Positions 40,949 to 53,710 of a stretch of DNA of 64,000 nt are shown here, in pieces. Each line of letters starts with the position of its first letter. The stretch's first letter is position 1. The DNA is from Hydrolagus colliei (taxonomy: Eukaryota). Both the position numbers and the translations under genes were made by a program. The DNA lies in the NCBI GenBank assembly GCA_035084275.1, contig CM068756.1, positions 4,340,001-4,404,000 on the forward strand, given 5' to 3'. Below the pieces are notes generated by a model. It was given only the letters and a program-made list of their open reading frames with translations. It searched no databases and was not told the origin of the DNA.

Positions 40949-41535
40949 ACTGTATACTTCTGCAGTATACAGTAAAAAAAATTTTTGATAAGAGTCCAGG
41001 ATAGAACAGATGGTCTGTGGAAGAAACTCCATATCTTAGAAATATATAAATACTGTAGACAGACAGATATAGATAATCATCCAATTATTGCATTATATGT
41101 GATATATAATTATATATCATGTACAAATGATACATGTAATGAGGAATTATTGAAAACGAGATGAGTTACAGCTGTTACTGTGAGCTCCAAACTATCCAGG
41201 ATAATTCAGCAATTATGTGAGGAGCAGAAGGGATCGAAACTACCTCATGGGCTCGTTCACCTGCTGATCATGTGCCCGAGTATCAATTCCCCTGATTTAA
41301 TGGCTGGGAATGAGCAGGTTTCTCACATTGAGAGATTGTAATTCTGTTGGTGAAGTGGGGGCGGGGGAAGAGAGTCAGGTGAAGAGGTGGCTTTGGTCAG
41401 TTCAGGTCAGGTCGGGTGAGGTGAGAGTTGGTGGGGGGTATGGGGTGGGGGGGAAGGGTTTGAACTGTTTGTGGAACGACACTAAACACACAATGTAGGG
41501 AGGAGAGGATGATAAGTTTCTCGACAGCAAAGTTT

Positions 41536-41567
41536 GAGAGACAGGGACAGACAGAGAGAGCGACACC

Positions 41568-41600
<33 letters not shown>

Positions 41601-41720
41601 CAGACAGAGAGAGACCCACAGAGAGAGACACACAGAGACAGAGAGAGAGAGACCCACATAGACAGAGAGAGACACACACAGACAAAGAGAGACACACACA
41701 CACGCACACAGAGAGAGAGA
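41536..41720. repeat. (GA)n/(GACA)n microsatellite immediately 5' of the GPCR ATG
   Basis: Seen directly in the sequence. Confidence 0.9.
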
Positions 41721-41758
41721 CGCGAATCCCAACTTTGCAACGCAGCCTCGCCAAGTGA

Positions 41759-42560
41759 ATGATGGAGAACCAAAGCCTGGTGGATGCCAATGCATCTGCC
41801 TGGGGTGTGGAGAGATCTGTGCAAGAGGCGGCGGCGGTGGCTGCCACCATCAAAACGTGTCTCATTGTAGCGCTGGGCGGTTTGATCATCCTGGGCAACA
41901 CTGCGGTCATCATGGTCATCTCCTCCTCGGTGTCTGGATGGTCCAAAAACAGCCGCTACGTCCTGATCTCCCTGACCGGCGCCGACGCCGCCTTGGCTCT
42001 GATAGTCATCCCCCTGAACCTGTATGGGAGCCGGGTCCCTGAGCTCAGACGTCAGTTGGACCCTCCCTTCTGTCACCTGGCTGTCTTCCTCAACTCCAGC
42101 GTCCTCACCTCCTCCATCTACTCCCTAGCCACCATCAGCATCGAGCGCTACATCGCCGTCTTCTACCCTCTCAGGTACGCCTTCCTGATGACCAGTGTCA
42201 GGATCAAAGCCCTCATCGCCCTGGCTTGGCTGATGCCGCCCGTCCTCATGCTGCCCATCTCGGTGCCCGGGGGGGTGGTCCAAGTCTACTTCTCCGGATC
42301 GTCCTTGATCTGCAACTTGGATTTTTCCAGCAACCTGCCTTACTCCGTGACTCTGACCACCTTGGTCTTCTTCCCCTGCTCCCTCATCATGACCTTCGCC
42401 AACTTCCGCCTCTGGTTCGCAGCCAGGAGTCACCTCAACCGGTTCAAACCCTCCAAAGTGGGCAGGCGAAGGCACGATTCGGCCTCCAGGATTCTGGTGC
42501 CTGTGGTTATGGTCTATTACACCTGCTGGACCCCCTGTGTCTGCAACATCCTCTACCAGG
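41759..42560 (+). CDS. Orphan class A (rhodopsin-like) GPCR, GPR21/GPR52-like, coding exon 1 (TM1-TM6)
   Basis: ORF MMENQSL... with N-glycosylation sequons (NQS, NAS), TM1 GN, TM2 SLTGAD, TM3 C...ERY, TM4 W, TM5 FFP and TM6 CWTP. Phase-1 donor CAGG|GTGAGT at 42560/42561. Confidence 0.93.
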
Positions 42561-42759
42561 GTGAGTATCTGTCCTTCGGGTGAGATGTTAAACTGAGGTC
42601 CTCTTGGCAGGTTTGGGTGGAATGTTAAGGACCCATCGCTTGGCACTGTTTGAAAAGGAGAGTTTCTTTTTCTCTCACTCTCGCTCTCTGTATCCTAGCT
42701 AATAATCAACCCCCACCCACCCAAATAAAATTGGTTACTCGCTCCAAGGGTGTGAAAAT

Positions 42760-43065
42760 TACATTTGTATAGCGTCTGTCCCATCAGGAGGCTGGACAGA
42801 TACTGCTTCAGACCCGAGCTGTGGACGGGGGTGGAGGGGGTGGGTGGTGGGGGGGGTGAGTTGTTGTCGATGGGTCCATCGAAGAGGAGAGTCTTGAGGC
42901 GAGACTTGAAGGAGGCCAGGGATTATACAAATGTAATTTTGTTGTTTGTGCACAAGCTGTACACACCCTACTCAATTCACTTTTAATTTTAAGCGGTAAC
43001 TGTCCAGCGCCTTGGGACATCCTTCTGACATGAAAGGCGCTATACAAATGTAATGATGTTGTTGT
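42760..43065. mobile_element. Short L2 3'-end fragments in both orientations in the GPCR intron
   Basis: Minus-strand L2 tail at ~42760-42920 and a plus-strand stem-loop/TTG tail at ~43000-43065. Confidence 0.65.
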
Positions 43066-43264
43066 TTACAGTACATTGTGTTAAGTGTTTGTGACGTCTA
43101 GAAGATGTGAAAAGCGCTATATCAAATGCAAGGATTATCGTTATTATTAAAACGTTGCACTTTGTTCTGTTGAAATTGCTTGTTTTTAAACGAGTATAAA
43201 AATGACACAATTCATCACATTTTCCACTTCGAGGCCCTCCTAACCAAATGTGTTTCAATTTTAG

Positions 43265-43593
43265 CTCTAACGCAACAGAGGGTGTCGGAATGGTTAGAGT
43301 TTGTTGCCCTGTGGTTACCCTGCGGAAATGGCTTTCTCAACTGTATTGTATACTTCTGGATGAACAAGAGCTTCAGAAAAAAGTTTCAGAAAATGATGAA
43401 CAAACTTGTGGGATACCAGTGTTTCGCGGCCCAAGAGAACACTATTGCCAAATTTCCCAATCGAAGCTCGTTCAAGGTTTGGGATCGCCCCATCGAAGTG
43501 AGATTTTGCAGCATCTCGTCCATTTGTAACTTGGTGCCCTCTATGAGTGATGAGAGAATACATTGTGAAAAATTCAGACCTGTACATCTGTGA
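43265..43593 (+). CDS. Orphan class A GPCR, coding exon 2 (ECL3, TM7, helix 8, C-tail)
   Basis: Acceptor TTTTAG|CT at 43264/43265 joins exon 1 in frame: ALTQQRVSEWLEFVALWLPCGNGFLNCIVYFWMNKSFRKKF...PVHL*. Spliced CDS is 1131 nt = 376 aa. Confidence 0.92.
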
Positions 43594-46419
43594 CATATCT
43601 GGGTGGTGGTTAAGGCTTGTGGCTGCAAATAGCAAAACTGCACAGGGGAGCTGTTTTATTCTGGCAAGAAGTTCTAACCAGGGCGGGCTGTGGCTTTCAG
43701 ATTTATGGATTTCAGTAAATATAACGAGAACCAACTCAATATATTCCAATTTATTTCCTCTATCTTCCAGTTTAAATTTGAGCTTACCTCTAAGGCAATT
43801 CACGTGGTGTCACGATAACATAATTAAATATAATTATCTTAATTGTTTGTTAATTTGGAATCTCAAAAGCACGTCATTGAATAAATTTGTAGTTCCATAG
43901 TGTATTTCTTTGTGTATTTAAAATGAGAAGTAAAGTAGTTGAAAGGATTTCCTTTTTTTGTAGACTTTGTTTTGAGGTTTCCTGTTACTTCAATGGGGTA
44001 ATTGTATTTGTAAAGAGATTAGTTGCTGGGCATTCACTTACTCCTATTGATCACTGCTCAAAGTAGCTTTAGAAAGGCCCTTTTCATCTAAGAAAGGTAA
44101 TAGAATCAGGGTGATTGGTTAGACCGCCATTGCCAGTTAGATCTAAACTGAGCCTGAAGTGCTTGAGCAATTTCAGCACGATTTAATTGAAACGTAGATC
44201 TGCTTCTGATTACTAGTCAATTACCCAAGGATACTTTTGATTCCATAGATTGGTTGTGAAGCCCATTGAATAGAAGTCTACTTATCCTAAACCATTTTAA
44301 AAAGAATAATTAATGTTTTAAAAGAATTATTTTTTAAAAAAAGTATTATGTAATCGCTTTGGAAAATTTATGCTAACTTGAAGTGAAGGCCTCCCTTTTT
44401 CTTAAAAACAACAAAAGTGGGAATTCAAATATGCTTCACGACTAACGTTGTCAGCAGAAATAAGAGGCTTCTACTCTCGGGTACTGGTTCATTTCGGAAT
44501 AAACTTACAGCTGCTGAATTGATTTGAACAAGATTCTCTTGTCCTGGGCCTTTCTCTAGGCCTTTTATTAAGTACAGTGTGCTGAAAAACTGGTCTTTGT
44601 AACCATATTAAGTAGGACTATCTTGGCCTGACCAAAATAAGCCAATGTTAAATTGTGTAAAAAAGGATGGTGCGAAGCCTCGGTATGTGTAATTTAGTTG
44701 CGACTAATTCCTGTTCTTTAGACTAACTGTTGAGTTCTAGGGATGAAGTATTTTGAAAGAAAAAGCCCTTCAGTTCTGCTGGTAATGTTATCTTTTAATC
44801 TTTTTTTCTTCTGGGAAGGAGGTGATGCACTTTAAAACACCACAATATTGTACACTTTTGTTACTTGTATTGTGCCATATTGTATATTTTATATTATGTT
44901 TATAAGGTAATCTTAGGATTTCGAAGTAAGTTTAATGGGAAATTGTTAATTTTTGGGGGACTTGGATGTTCAGAACATTTCCTAGTTTGTGCTACTAAAG
45001 CTGGATGATTGCAATATCAGAAAATAAAGCTATGATGCCTCAAGTGAATCTTTTGTCATTTCTGGAAAAACGCTGTTAACACTTTTTAGCACAAATTATG
45101 AATTTTCTAACTTTCATACAAGGCAAAATACTGTTTTAAAAAAAAACAGAAGCACTAACTTGGTGGGACTCCTTCTCACTTTAATTTAAACCTGCTGCTT
45201 ATAAATATTTAGAACTACTTCAATGTTTTAGGATAAGTGAGAAAGACATCGCTCCATACAATTTTCGGTAACCACTATGTACTCACTTCCTACACAGACT
45301 TTTATTCAATTTACAGCTAAAAGTTCTACAAATTCAATTCTTAGGTTCATTCAATTTCGCAGATTCAATCAGCCTTAATATACAAGTTTGCTTTAAATCC
45401 AAAGTGATTCTGAAAGAAAAAGACAAGTCACAAATATGATTCAAACCACAGCATCTTTTATTAATGAGAGTGTTTGTAGAAAATATTGTAACTTTTCAAT
45501 TCGACTTCCAGGTCAATTCAGGAACTACGACGCACCCCAAGCAGTTGTTTTCAAACACTTCTGAAACATTTCTGCAATGGTTATCCATGATGCCCTTCAT
45601 TTAATATTGTATTAATTTATAAACAGCTGTTCTGTAGCAACCAACTGTTAAGACCATAGGTAACACTCCATAAACTGATGTGGATTGAAAGATAGTCTAG
45701 TTTATAATTAAATACAAATCTATGTTAGCTCTTCCTCTCCCCCACCCTCCCTCCACCGATTATGAATGTGTGTCCTCTTGTTAAAGATGAACATAGAATG
45801 AAGTTAAGTGTGTTGTTGTATTGAGGCTCTCTGATGGCACATCGAAAGTAAAGTACGACTAAGCCATTCAAAGCAGACAAGCCCCTCTAAAACAATGAGA
45901 TGAAAAATTCACTAAAATAATGAAGAGTTGGAGAAGCCAATGGCTGGGTGGTCTTGTGATTTTTTTCATACAAATCATTTATTGTTTGTGATTGATTGGG
46001 AGAAAAAACGAAATTTCCTTCCTTTCTCAGACATTTGAGGATTTGTTGAATATTTTTTAAATGTACATAAAAAATGTACTTTTACTAAAAATATATACAT
46101 TTTTGCCTTGTTGCAGTTTGCTCTTGAATTACATTGTTTCCTAATCCTTGGATTTAGTTATCCTTTATTTGATGTACATTAGGCTAAATATAATGAAACC
46201 AGATTTCTATTCGCAGTATTGAGTTAAAGTGCAGAAGTCAGTAGATTGGGTTAATTTTTTAAAGAAACAAAATCACTTGCCATTTATATATTGAGAAAAT
46301 AAATCAAGTGTAAATGCCGGCAAAATCCTATCAAAACTCGAAAGTTGCTTTGTGTAACTTTGGTTTTGAAATTATTGTATCGCATTCTAAATGTTCTCTG
46401 TGATTTTGTTTTCCAAATA

Positions 46420-46812
46420 CAGTAAAAGCTTGGTTATCCGGCACCCAGCCAACTGGAACGATCAACCAACCGGTATCTCCCAATACAATTCACCATTCCA
46501 GCAACCGAATCTCATACCGTAGCCATCCAGGACACTCACTTTGTGCATGTGTGCGCATGCGCACTTATTAAAAGTACCAAATGCTGCAATGCTTTTTTTA
46601 CCGATCATTTTACAGAGTGTGCTGGAATGCTTTATTGGTAAATATCCATACAATATTCTGTTATTATTTAGTCTATTATTAATATGGTATGTTTTAAAAT
46701 AAGTAAATTTTTTGTGTAGGATTTCCGGCAACTTGCTGTTCGAATATCCAACATATTTAATTAACCAGCATCGGTCAGGTCCCGAGGGTGCCGGATAACG
46801 AAGCTTTTACTG
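46420..46812. mobile_element. pogo/Tigger-like MITE in the SULT 3' region
   Basis: TA|CAGTAAAAGCTTGGTTATCCGGCACCC ... GGGTGCCGGATAACGAAGCTTTTACTG|TA. Confidence 0.88.
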
Positions 46813-46868
46813 TAGTTGGGTTTTCCTGAGCAGGGCCTTTAGAACTGCACAAGATTAGGGAATTGGGC

Positions 46869-46981
46869 TCATAAATTCCAGATAAACCGAATGTCAGAAT
46901 TGCTTAGTTTCTCCTGGCAAATCTTCTGAAAAAACTGGATCTGTTCCTCTGTGAAATGTTCTTTCCAGTCTCCAACTATGC
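46869..46981 (-). CDS. SULT5A1: SULT5A1-like coding exon 6 (last)
   Basis: GIVGDWKEHFTEEQ...FIWNL* completes the RKGxxGDWK motif. Total CDS is 864 nt = 287 aa. Confidence 0.9.
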
Positions 46982-47063
46982 CTGCACAAGAGTGAGAAAA
47001 TCAATCATAATGAGATCGAACTTACAGCAAAGATCTGAGATCTGATCTGTGACTTTCACTGAC

Positions 47064-47244
47064 CTTTTCTCATGAATTTGCCGATCCTGTGATCCATAAT
47101 TTCATTGGGAACCAGTGTGTAGTTCGCCATCTGGTTGTCCTTCATGGTGGTGAAAGTGCAACAGGGAACGATTGCATCAATTTGTTCCGGTGAAAGTGGG
47201 TGGCCTAGGAAATTGCACGTCTTTTCAACACATTGTCTGAGATT
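47064..47244 (-). CDS. SULT5A1: SULT5A1-like coding exon 5
   Basis: NLRQCVEKTCNFLG...MKDNQMANY...FMRKG; 181 nt. Confidence 0.9.
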
Positions 47245-48137
47245 CTGTAAAGATAACGGGTGTAATTTTGACAGGCCCTCATGAAATTCTCTTGCACTCT
47301 TAAACAAAAACAGAAGTTGCTGGGAAAACTCAGCAGGTCAGGCAGCATCCATGGAGAAAGGAAAGTGAGTCAACTCCCTACTGTCTGCTAAGCTTGTGTT
47401 TCTACCCCTGCCCCTGACTCGGTCCCGGGATCCGCTATTGTGAAGCGCTCTGAGATGCCGTCCGGCGTGGAGGGCGCTATATAAATCGAAGTTGTTGTTG
47501 TGTTAGGATTAAATTCGTTTCTGACTAGATTGGAGGAGCTTTGTTCAAATTTCCTGCCCAAATATCTAAAATAACTTGCCTCTGTTGAGAGTTTAGTATT
47601 TCCTTATTCTTTGGCTGGACTCAGTGTTATTAGCAGTAAGCTCACAGTACATATTCTTCAAATGTTTCCCATGTTTCCCATTGCTGGAGTTTTTCCACAT
47701 GCAACATGTTCAATAGTTCCTCTTTCCTTATTCGTTTCCTGTATGTTTCTGAAGTGTTTCACAAAGTTGAGGCTTTGTCGCACAATATGGCAGTGTTCCA
47801 TTTATCGCATGCATTTATCATATAATTAGCCTTCACCAATTAGAGGACCAATTAGACATCATTATAAAAGGATCTGCCACTGGGTTATTTGAGGTTTCAT
47901 TTTGTTCTGTAATCTCCCATCAGCTCTGCTCTTTCAGCCACTGCTTCCTGAAACTCTGGAACACTCTTCCTCTATCCCCTCGCCCTGCCCCTTCTGTCCC
48001 CATCTTCAAGCCGTGCCTGAAGACTTTCCTCTTTGACTGTGCCTCAGTCCCTCCCACCAAGGCTCGGCATTGTGCATCGCCACTGTCAAATGTAATTAGT
48101 ATTATGATGAGACATAGCAATAAAACAAACTCTTTAC

Positions 48138-48232
48138 CTTCTTCATTTCTTCGTAGGTAATGAACAGGAAGTCGAATTCTTCTTTGTGCTCCAGCCATTC
48201 TTTTATATGGTCAAACCAAGACCCAAAGTGCA
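48138..48232 (-). CDS. SULT5A1: SULT5A1-like coding exon 4
   Basis: [32 protein letters not shown]; 95 nt; AG/GT boundaries. Confidence 0.9.
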
Positions 48233-49674
48233 CTGAAAAGCAAGATAAAAGAGTCACTTTGAATCTCACTGACCAGACTTATCAAACTATTTTCCCCACT
48301 GTCAAAATATAAATATAAAAAAATATAAATATTAAAAAAGATTGAGACATTAGTTAACTTTTCCCTAAATGGATTGTGGTCAACGGCACTGTTTTATTCA
48401 CAGTTTAGCGTTAATTTAATAATGATGTACTGATCGCTACATGGCCTGATATGTTTGAAATCACATGGATCTCAGGACTTAGGTTGACTTGAATTCCTCT
48501 TTCCCTCCCTCCACCCTACAAATATAAGGCAGTCCATGCCCATTAAATGTATTGCAATCTGCTGTGTAAATAATGTACAGTGCTCCATCTCAGAGACGAA
48601 AAGCTTTACATTTGGAAATGTCCTATTCATTCCATGCCTCTGAACTGTACCAAAATTTTCTTTCAAACTGTAGATTGCCTTTACATTTATGGCACTTTGT
48701 GAGTAATTTATTGAATACATTTAACCAATTTCTTAACCAATAATTATAATAATAATAATCCTTGCATTTGATATAGTGCTTATCTATGCCTTTTGGATTT
48801 CTAAAGGTTTGTGTCCATATTTGCCATTTTACCTATAAATAAAAGTAAAGGCAGTAATATCTCCAATCTTACAGTTGCTTTGGGAGAAAAAAAACTATTC
48901 TTTCTTCAGATCATAATAACGTCCTTCATATCAATGTCTTTGATCAATATAAAGGTTGCTTGTAAACCATTCACTTTCCTTTCAATTGCACTTATTCTTT
49001 ACAAATTCTGTGCTTGCATTTCAATAACATTGGCTACATTTTATCTAAAGCGTTTCCATTTTTTTTTAACTGGTTATAAATGACCAATTTCTCAATCGCT
49101 TGACAACTTGCAATGGCAACTGTGAGAAATGGATCGGATCTGCTGGAGTAAATGTAACAACAGGAATTACTTCAGAGAACAGGAAGAAACCAGCAGATGC
49201 ACCTAATACCACAAACAGTCCAGTTTGCGCATCACAATCCACATTTAAACTTAACTTCAAGATACTCATGTTCAAACCCACTGATTGTCTGCCACCTCCC
49301 TGCCTCTTTGACCTCCTCACTCCCCAATCCATCACCCGGCGCCTCCACTCAACTGGCCTCCTGCTCTCCCCTCATATCCTCCACCCCACCATTGGAGGTT
49401 GTGCTTTCAGCCTGATCCAATCTCTCCGCCTTGACCCCCCCTTCCACTTAGACCACATTTACGGCCACCTTTCTCCTCCTCCGACCCCACCCACCCCTCT
49501 ACCCCAGCTTGGGAGTCAGGCTCCAATGACTAGGCACTCTGAGACGCTACCCATTGTGCTTGAGTGTATTTCCACATTTAGTGTGGTACGGTGAGGCAAA
49601 GTGTCACCGTCGTATGTGGTTAGTTGCTTCAGCAATCGGCACAGAAACAAATGAAATAAATAAAAATTGCATAC

Positions 49675-49801
49675 CCTCTCCGAAAGCAAACTTCCTCACA
49701 AATTCTTCAAAGGTTCCTGGGTCTGGTAGGAATTGTGCCATTTTGTGAAAATAGTAAAATGATACAATTATATCCTTTGGGTTTCTCGCAAGGTAAATCA
49801 C
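49675..49801 (-). CDS. SULT5A1: SULT5A1-like coding exon 3
   Basis: VIYLARNPKDIIVSFYYF (3'-phosphate binding motif); 127 nt; AG/GT boundaries. Confidence 0.9.
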
Positions 49802-49869
49802 CTATGAAACACAATGGCAAAATGTACAACAGACTCTCACTACAATCCACTACAACAAGCTAAATACTG

Positions 49870-50179
49870 TAATAATAATCTCTGCATTTGATATAGCACT
49901 TTTCATGTCTTCTAGATGTCTCAAAGCGCTTCACAGAATATACTGTAAAGGGAATTGACTGTATATTTCTGGGCAAAACGTGGCAGCCAATTGCGCACAG
50001 GAAGATCCCACAAACAGTTGTGGATTGAAATGACCAATTTATTATTGTTGTTTTTTTTGAGGGGTTATTATTAGGCGTGTGGAGTAAGGAAACTTACCCA
50101 AGGTTTCACCCTGCCTGGACTTGGACCCAGATCTCTCACTTGTAAAGCAAGTGCTCTAACCACTGAGCTACAGGACTCC
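49870..50179 (-). mobile_element. tRNA-derived SINE in SULT intron 2
   Basis: Same family; full length. Confidence 0.88.
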
Positions 50180-50612
50180 AAATGAAACGTTCTGGTTCAA
50201 TAAGGTGCCTGGAGAAGAGCAATGGGAGCTGGCAGCCTGTATTCCTGTTCGCGCTCTCCATTGCTCTCACACTAACTGGGAATGGAGTGTAGACAGTACA
50301 TCATTGAGCTCCAGTGCATGAGTATTGAACTCAGCATCAGTTTAGATTGCAAATGCCAAATGGCCTGTTACGGTTGTCAACACCCCAAGCCACAAACGGC
50401 AGGAAAGAAACATCATGCTATTTTCTTGATGTTCACAAGAAAAACAGAATAACTACAGTAGCTGCTTCACCATAGCTACTGTGGTGCAGGGCTATATATC
50501 TAAAGGAAATGCTTAAAAAATGTACTTGTTTTTCTACATCTCGTTTCCTTTATAAAGCTGCAAAAAGGACTGACTATCAGAAGCGATTGCTTGGTGCTTA
50601 AAGTTCACGTAC

Positions 50613-50821
50613 CTTCGGTTTAGATTGTTTCAGAGATTTGGAAAGGATGTGATAGGGCAGATGTGATGTGATGATCCGATTGTCTGGTCTGTTCTGCAGA
50701 ATGTCCTCACAGTAGTATTGCTCAAGCCATGGGGCGCGCATCCAGTTTGGGAGGGTTTTCACAGCATCTTCGTTTCCAGCATTGTATATCAGTGTGAGAA
50801 TCTCCTGCATCCATGTTGTAC
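50613..50821 (-). CDS. SULT5A1: SULT5A1-like coding exon 2
   Basis: GTTWMQEIL...RAPWLE...IITSHLP (catalytic His)...KPK; AG/GT boundaries; 209 nt. Confidence 0.9.
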
Positions 50822-52762
50822 CTATTGGAATTAGACATCAAAACATTGAACACTGTATTAGAGCTAAGTAGATACTGTATATAGCTAAGTATCAGTGTCC
50901 ACGACGGTCGTGCGCAATTGGCTATTGCATTTCGTCTGCAAAATATACAGTCAAATTAACTTAGGAGTACTGTACTGTATATTCTGTGAAGCGCTTTGAG
51001 ATGTCTCAATGATGTGATAAGGCGCTATATCAAATGCAAGGATTATTATTATTGAGTTCGATGCAGTAATTTGTTCTGTCATTCATTTGGGGGGGAATAA
51101 ATAACAGGAAGTTCTTCTGTGCCTACAACATCTATTTGTTCCAAGTTAAAATCCCCTATTGGATGTTACACTTCATTTCAATTCCAATTGCCTATGACGT
51201 GTTATAAAGTTGTAAATATAAAGTGGATTTCCATGTTTCGTTCTCCTTCCCCTGCCCTCCTTTAAAGCAGCACGGTGTGTGTTTCGAATCACTCATTTAA
51301 ATGTCACTGAATACTTCACTGAATAGCATAAGGCAGCATTCTCCTGTGCATTTCCATTTCCCTTTTCTACTTCCATTACTAAGTAAAACAAAAGGCACTT
51401 CACATGTGAGAGCGCAAAAGAACAAGAAACAGCAGGAGACAAACTGTGGTTTCTATGTGCATCTCCGCTGAAGTTAAATTACCCACTTGAGAAGGTGCTG
51501 GCCCGGATTCTTGTGTAAAAAGAAGCATGTTTGAAAAATAAAGTATTCAAGCTGCATGAACAGAATTGCAGAACAGCGAGCCTTGAGGTTAGAGGAAGTG
51601 GGCGCCTAGACACCTCGACATCACCAATGTTGTGATATTGTTCTTTAAAATCAATCGACCACAATCTGTCGCCCTGATTCCCTGTTGAACACATCATTCT
51701 CTCAATACCACAGGACTGTACCCATTAGCTCTCACGTGACCTTATGTGGCTCTTATGTGGTGGCTTCATAGAACATCCTAATTGGGTCAACAGGTCCACA
51801 CCTACGTTATATAATGCCTCTCAAGCAGGGTAGAATGCCAGCGAGCTTGTCAGACCAGTAGAAACAATCTTCCACTTTGAAAGGGCTACGGGGGGAGTCA
51901 ATACAACCTGTCGCTATACAACCTGAACTCCAGTGTGAAACAGATTCCGTGCCGCTATCACCATACTGCTCCTGAGCAAAGGTTTATTTTATTCATATGG
52001 TACATCAATTCCTGAGGCACCTTCAAGTGAATGTCCTCGAAAACCTGCAGGTATTGTGCAAACTGATTTGACTTTGATGAACAAAATTGTTATGATAAAA
52101 TTCAGGTCAATATCGCAGAATGTTCTCTCTGTTCTAAGAGGTTCGATTGGCCTCCAGAGTTTTCTTTGGGTCTGAATGGGTAGTATTCCACAAATATACA
52201 GTCAATTCACTTTACAGTATATTCTGTGAAGCCCTTTGAGATGTCGATAAGATGTGAAAAGTGCTATATCAAAATGCAAGGATTATCAAAATGCAAGGAT
52301 TATTATAGTATAGGCGTTAACTAATTAAACTCCAGAAATGCCACAGCCACACTTCGGGGTCCCCAAGCCTTGGCTGTTGCCAGTATGCACCTACTAGAGT
52401 ACTTTGATAAGCAGGCTATTATAAGCAGGGTGCGTTGCTCGGGGGAAAGAGTCTGTACTCCCATTGCAGAGAACCCAAATTCCTACATATATTGAATTTA
52501 GTAGTTAGATTTGGAGCTTCTCAAGCACGGTGATGGGTTTGGACACAAATACAAATACCAAACAAGTGGTCGATTTATGAAATATCCCTTTCACTAATGC
52601 CTGAGCCAGATTGGCAGGTTGCCTGGATAAAATGTATAAAAGAATTAGAAATTTTGTCGCAAGTATTTATGGCGAACAATGAAAATGTCCGGTAAAGAAA
52701 ACAACTCTAACATGTAACAGCACAGTTAGTGACTTGAGCTGCAAAGCTCTGGTGCTCCTTAC

Positions 52763-52901
52763 CTGATTTGGGATATGTGACCAGGAGAGTATCGGTCTCG
52801 TGGAATTTAAAGTCCTTGGCATATTCCAGGGATTTCATTGTGTGCAAGTGCCCAGGAAAGTTGATGTTTGAGTAACGCAAAGTCACATCTAGGTCAGCCA
52901 T
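52763..52901 (-). CDS. SULT5A1: Cytosolic sulfotransferase (SULT5A1-like), coding exon 1
   Basis: MADLDVT...LLVTYPKSG (PAPS-binding 5'-PSB loop); donor G|GTAAG. The symbol rests on SULT motifs plus the head-to-head position next to DPEP1, as known for Sult5a1. Confidence 0.88.
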
Positions 52902-53042
52902 GGCTTGGAGAACTGCAGAGAGTAGTTGCTCGATAAAGAGGGTTTGCCTTTTATTCAAGCCCAAACAAACACGTCACATTTTGCTGCTTCCCTTTTTACA
53001 CATCACTGTATCAGTAAGGCATGGTAAAGCCCCCAACTAATT

Positions 53043-53710
53043 AATAATAATAATAATCCGTGCATTTTCATATAGCGCTTTTTCACGTCTTCTAGACATC
53101 TCAAAGCGCTTCATAGAATACACTGTAAAGTGAATTGACTGTATATTTGGGGGCGAAACGCAGCAGCCAATTGCGCACAGCAGCGTCCCACAAACAGTCA
53201 TGGATTGAAATGATCAATTTTATTATTGTGTTTTTTTGGAAGGATTATTATTAGACTTGTGGAGTAAGGAATCTTGCCCAAGGTTTCGCCTTGACCTGCC
53301 TGCATTCGAATGGTTGTCCTTTGCATGACTTCATCAGGCAGAAGGTTGGTTAAGCACTTTCTGGTGATTAGTCGGGCACAATTTTGAGTACAAATTCCTC
53401 CTTCCTTTGCGCACAAAAAACTCGATCGTTGCCCTTTACAATCGATATTACGCATGTTTCCTTACTCCCCACGCCTCTGTTTACCCAGTAAGTAGGAACC
53501 CAGTTCTAGGGTTAATAATCCCTCAAAAACAATAATAATTTTGTCACTCAATCCACAACTGTTTGTAGGACACTGCTGTGCGCAATTAGCTGCTGCGTTT
53601 TGCCACAAATATACAGTCAATTCATTTTACAAGATATCCTGTAAAGTCTTTTGAGACATCTAGAAGACATGAAAAGTGCTATATGAAATGAAAGGATTAT
53701 TATTGTTATT
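53043..53710. mobile_element. Inverted pair of SINEs (53043-53310 minus; ~53455-53710 plus)
   Basis: Two copies of the same family in opposite orientation, ~145 bp apart, just upstream of the SULT ATG. Confidence 0.82.

Noticed and set aside
1-41000. Exons of CPNE7 or other syntenic genes
   Set aside because: No copine or other recognisable protein motifs were found by eye. Small exons cannot be excluded without alignment.
41397-42646. Long minus-strand and alternative-frame ORFs over the GPCR and GA repeat
   Set aside because: Shadow ORFs of a GC-rich coding exon and low-complexity microsatellite translation.
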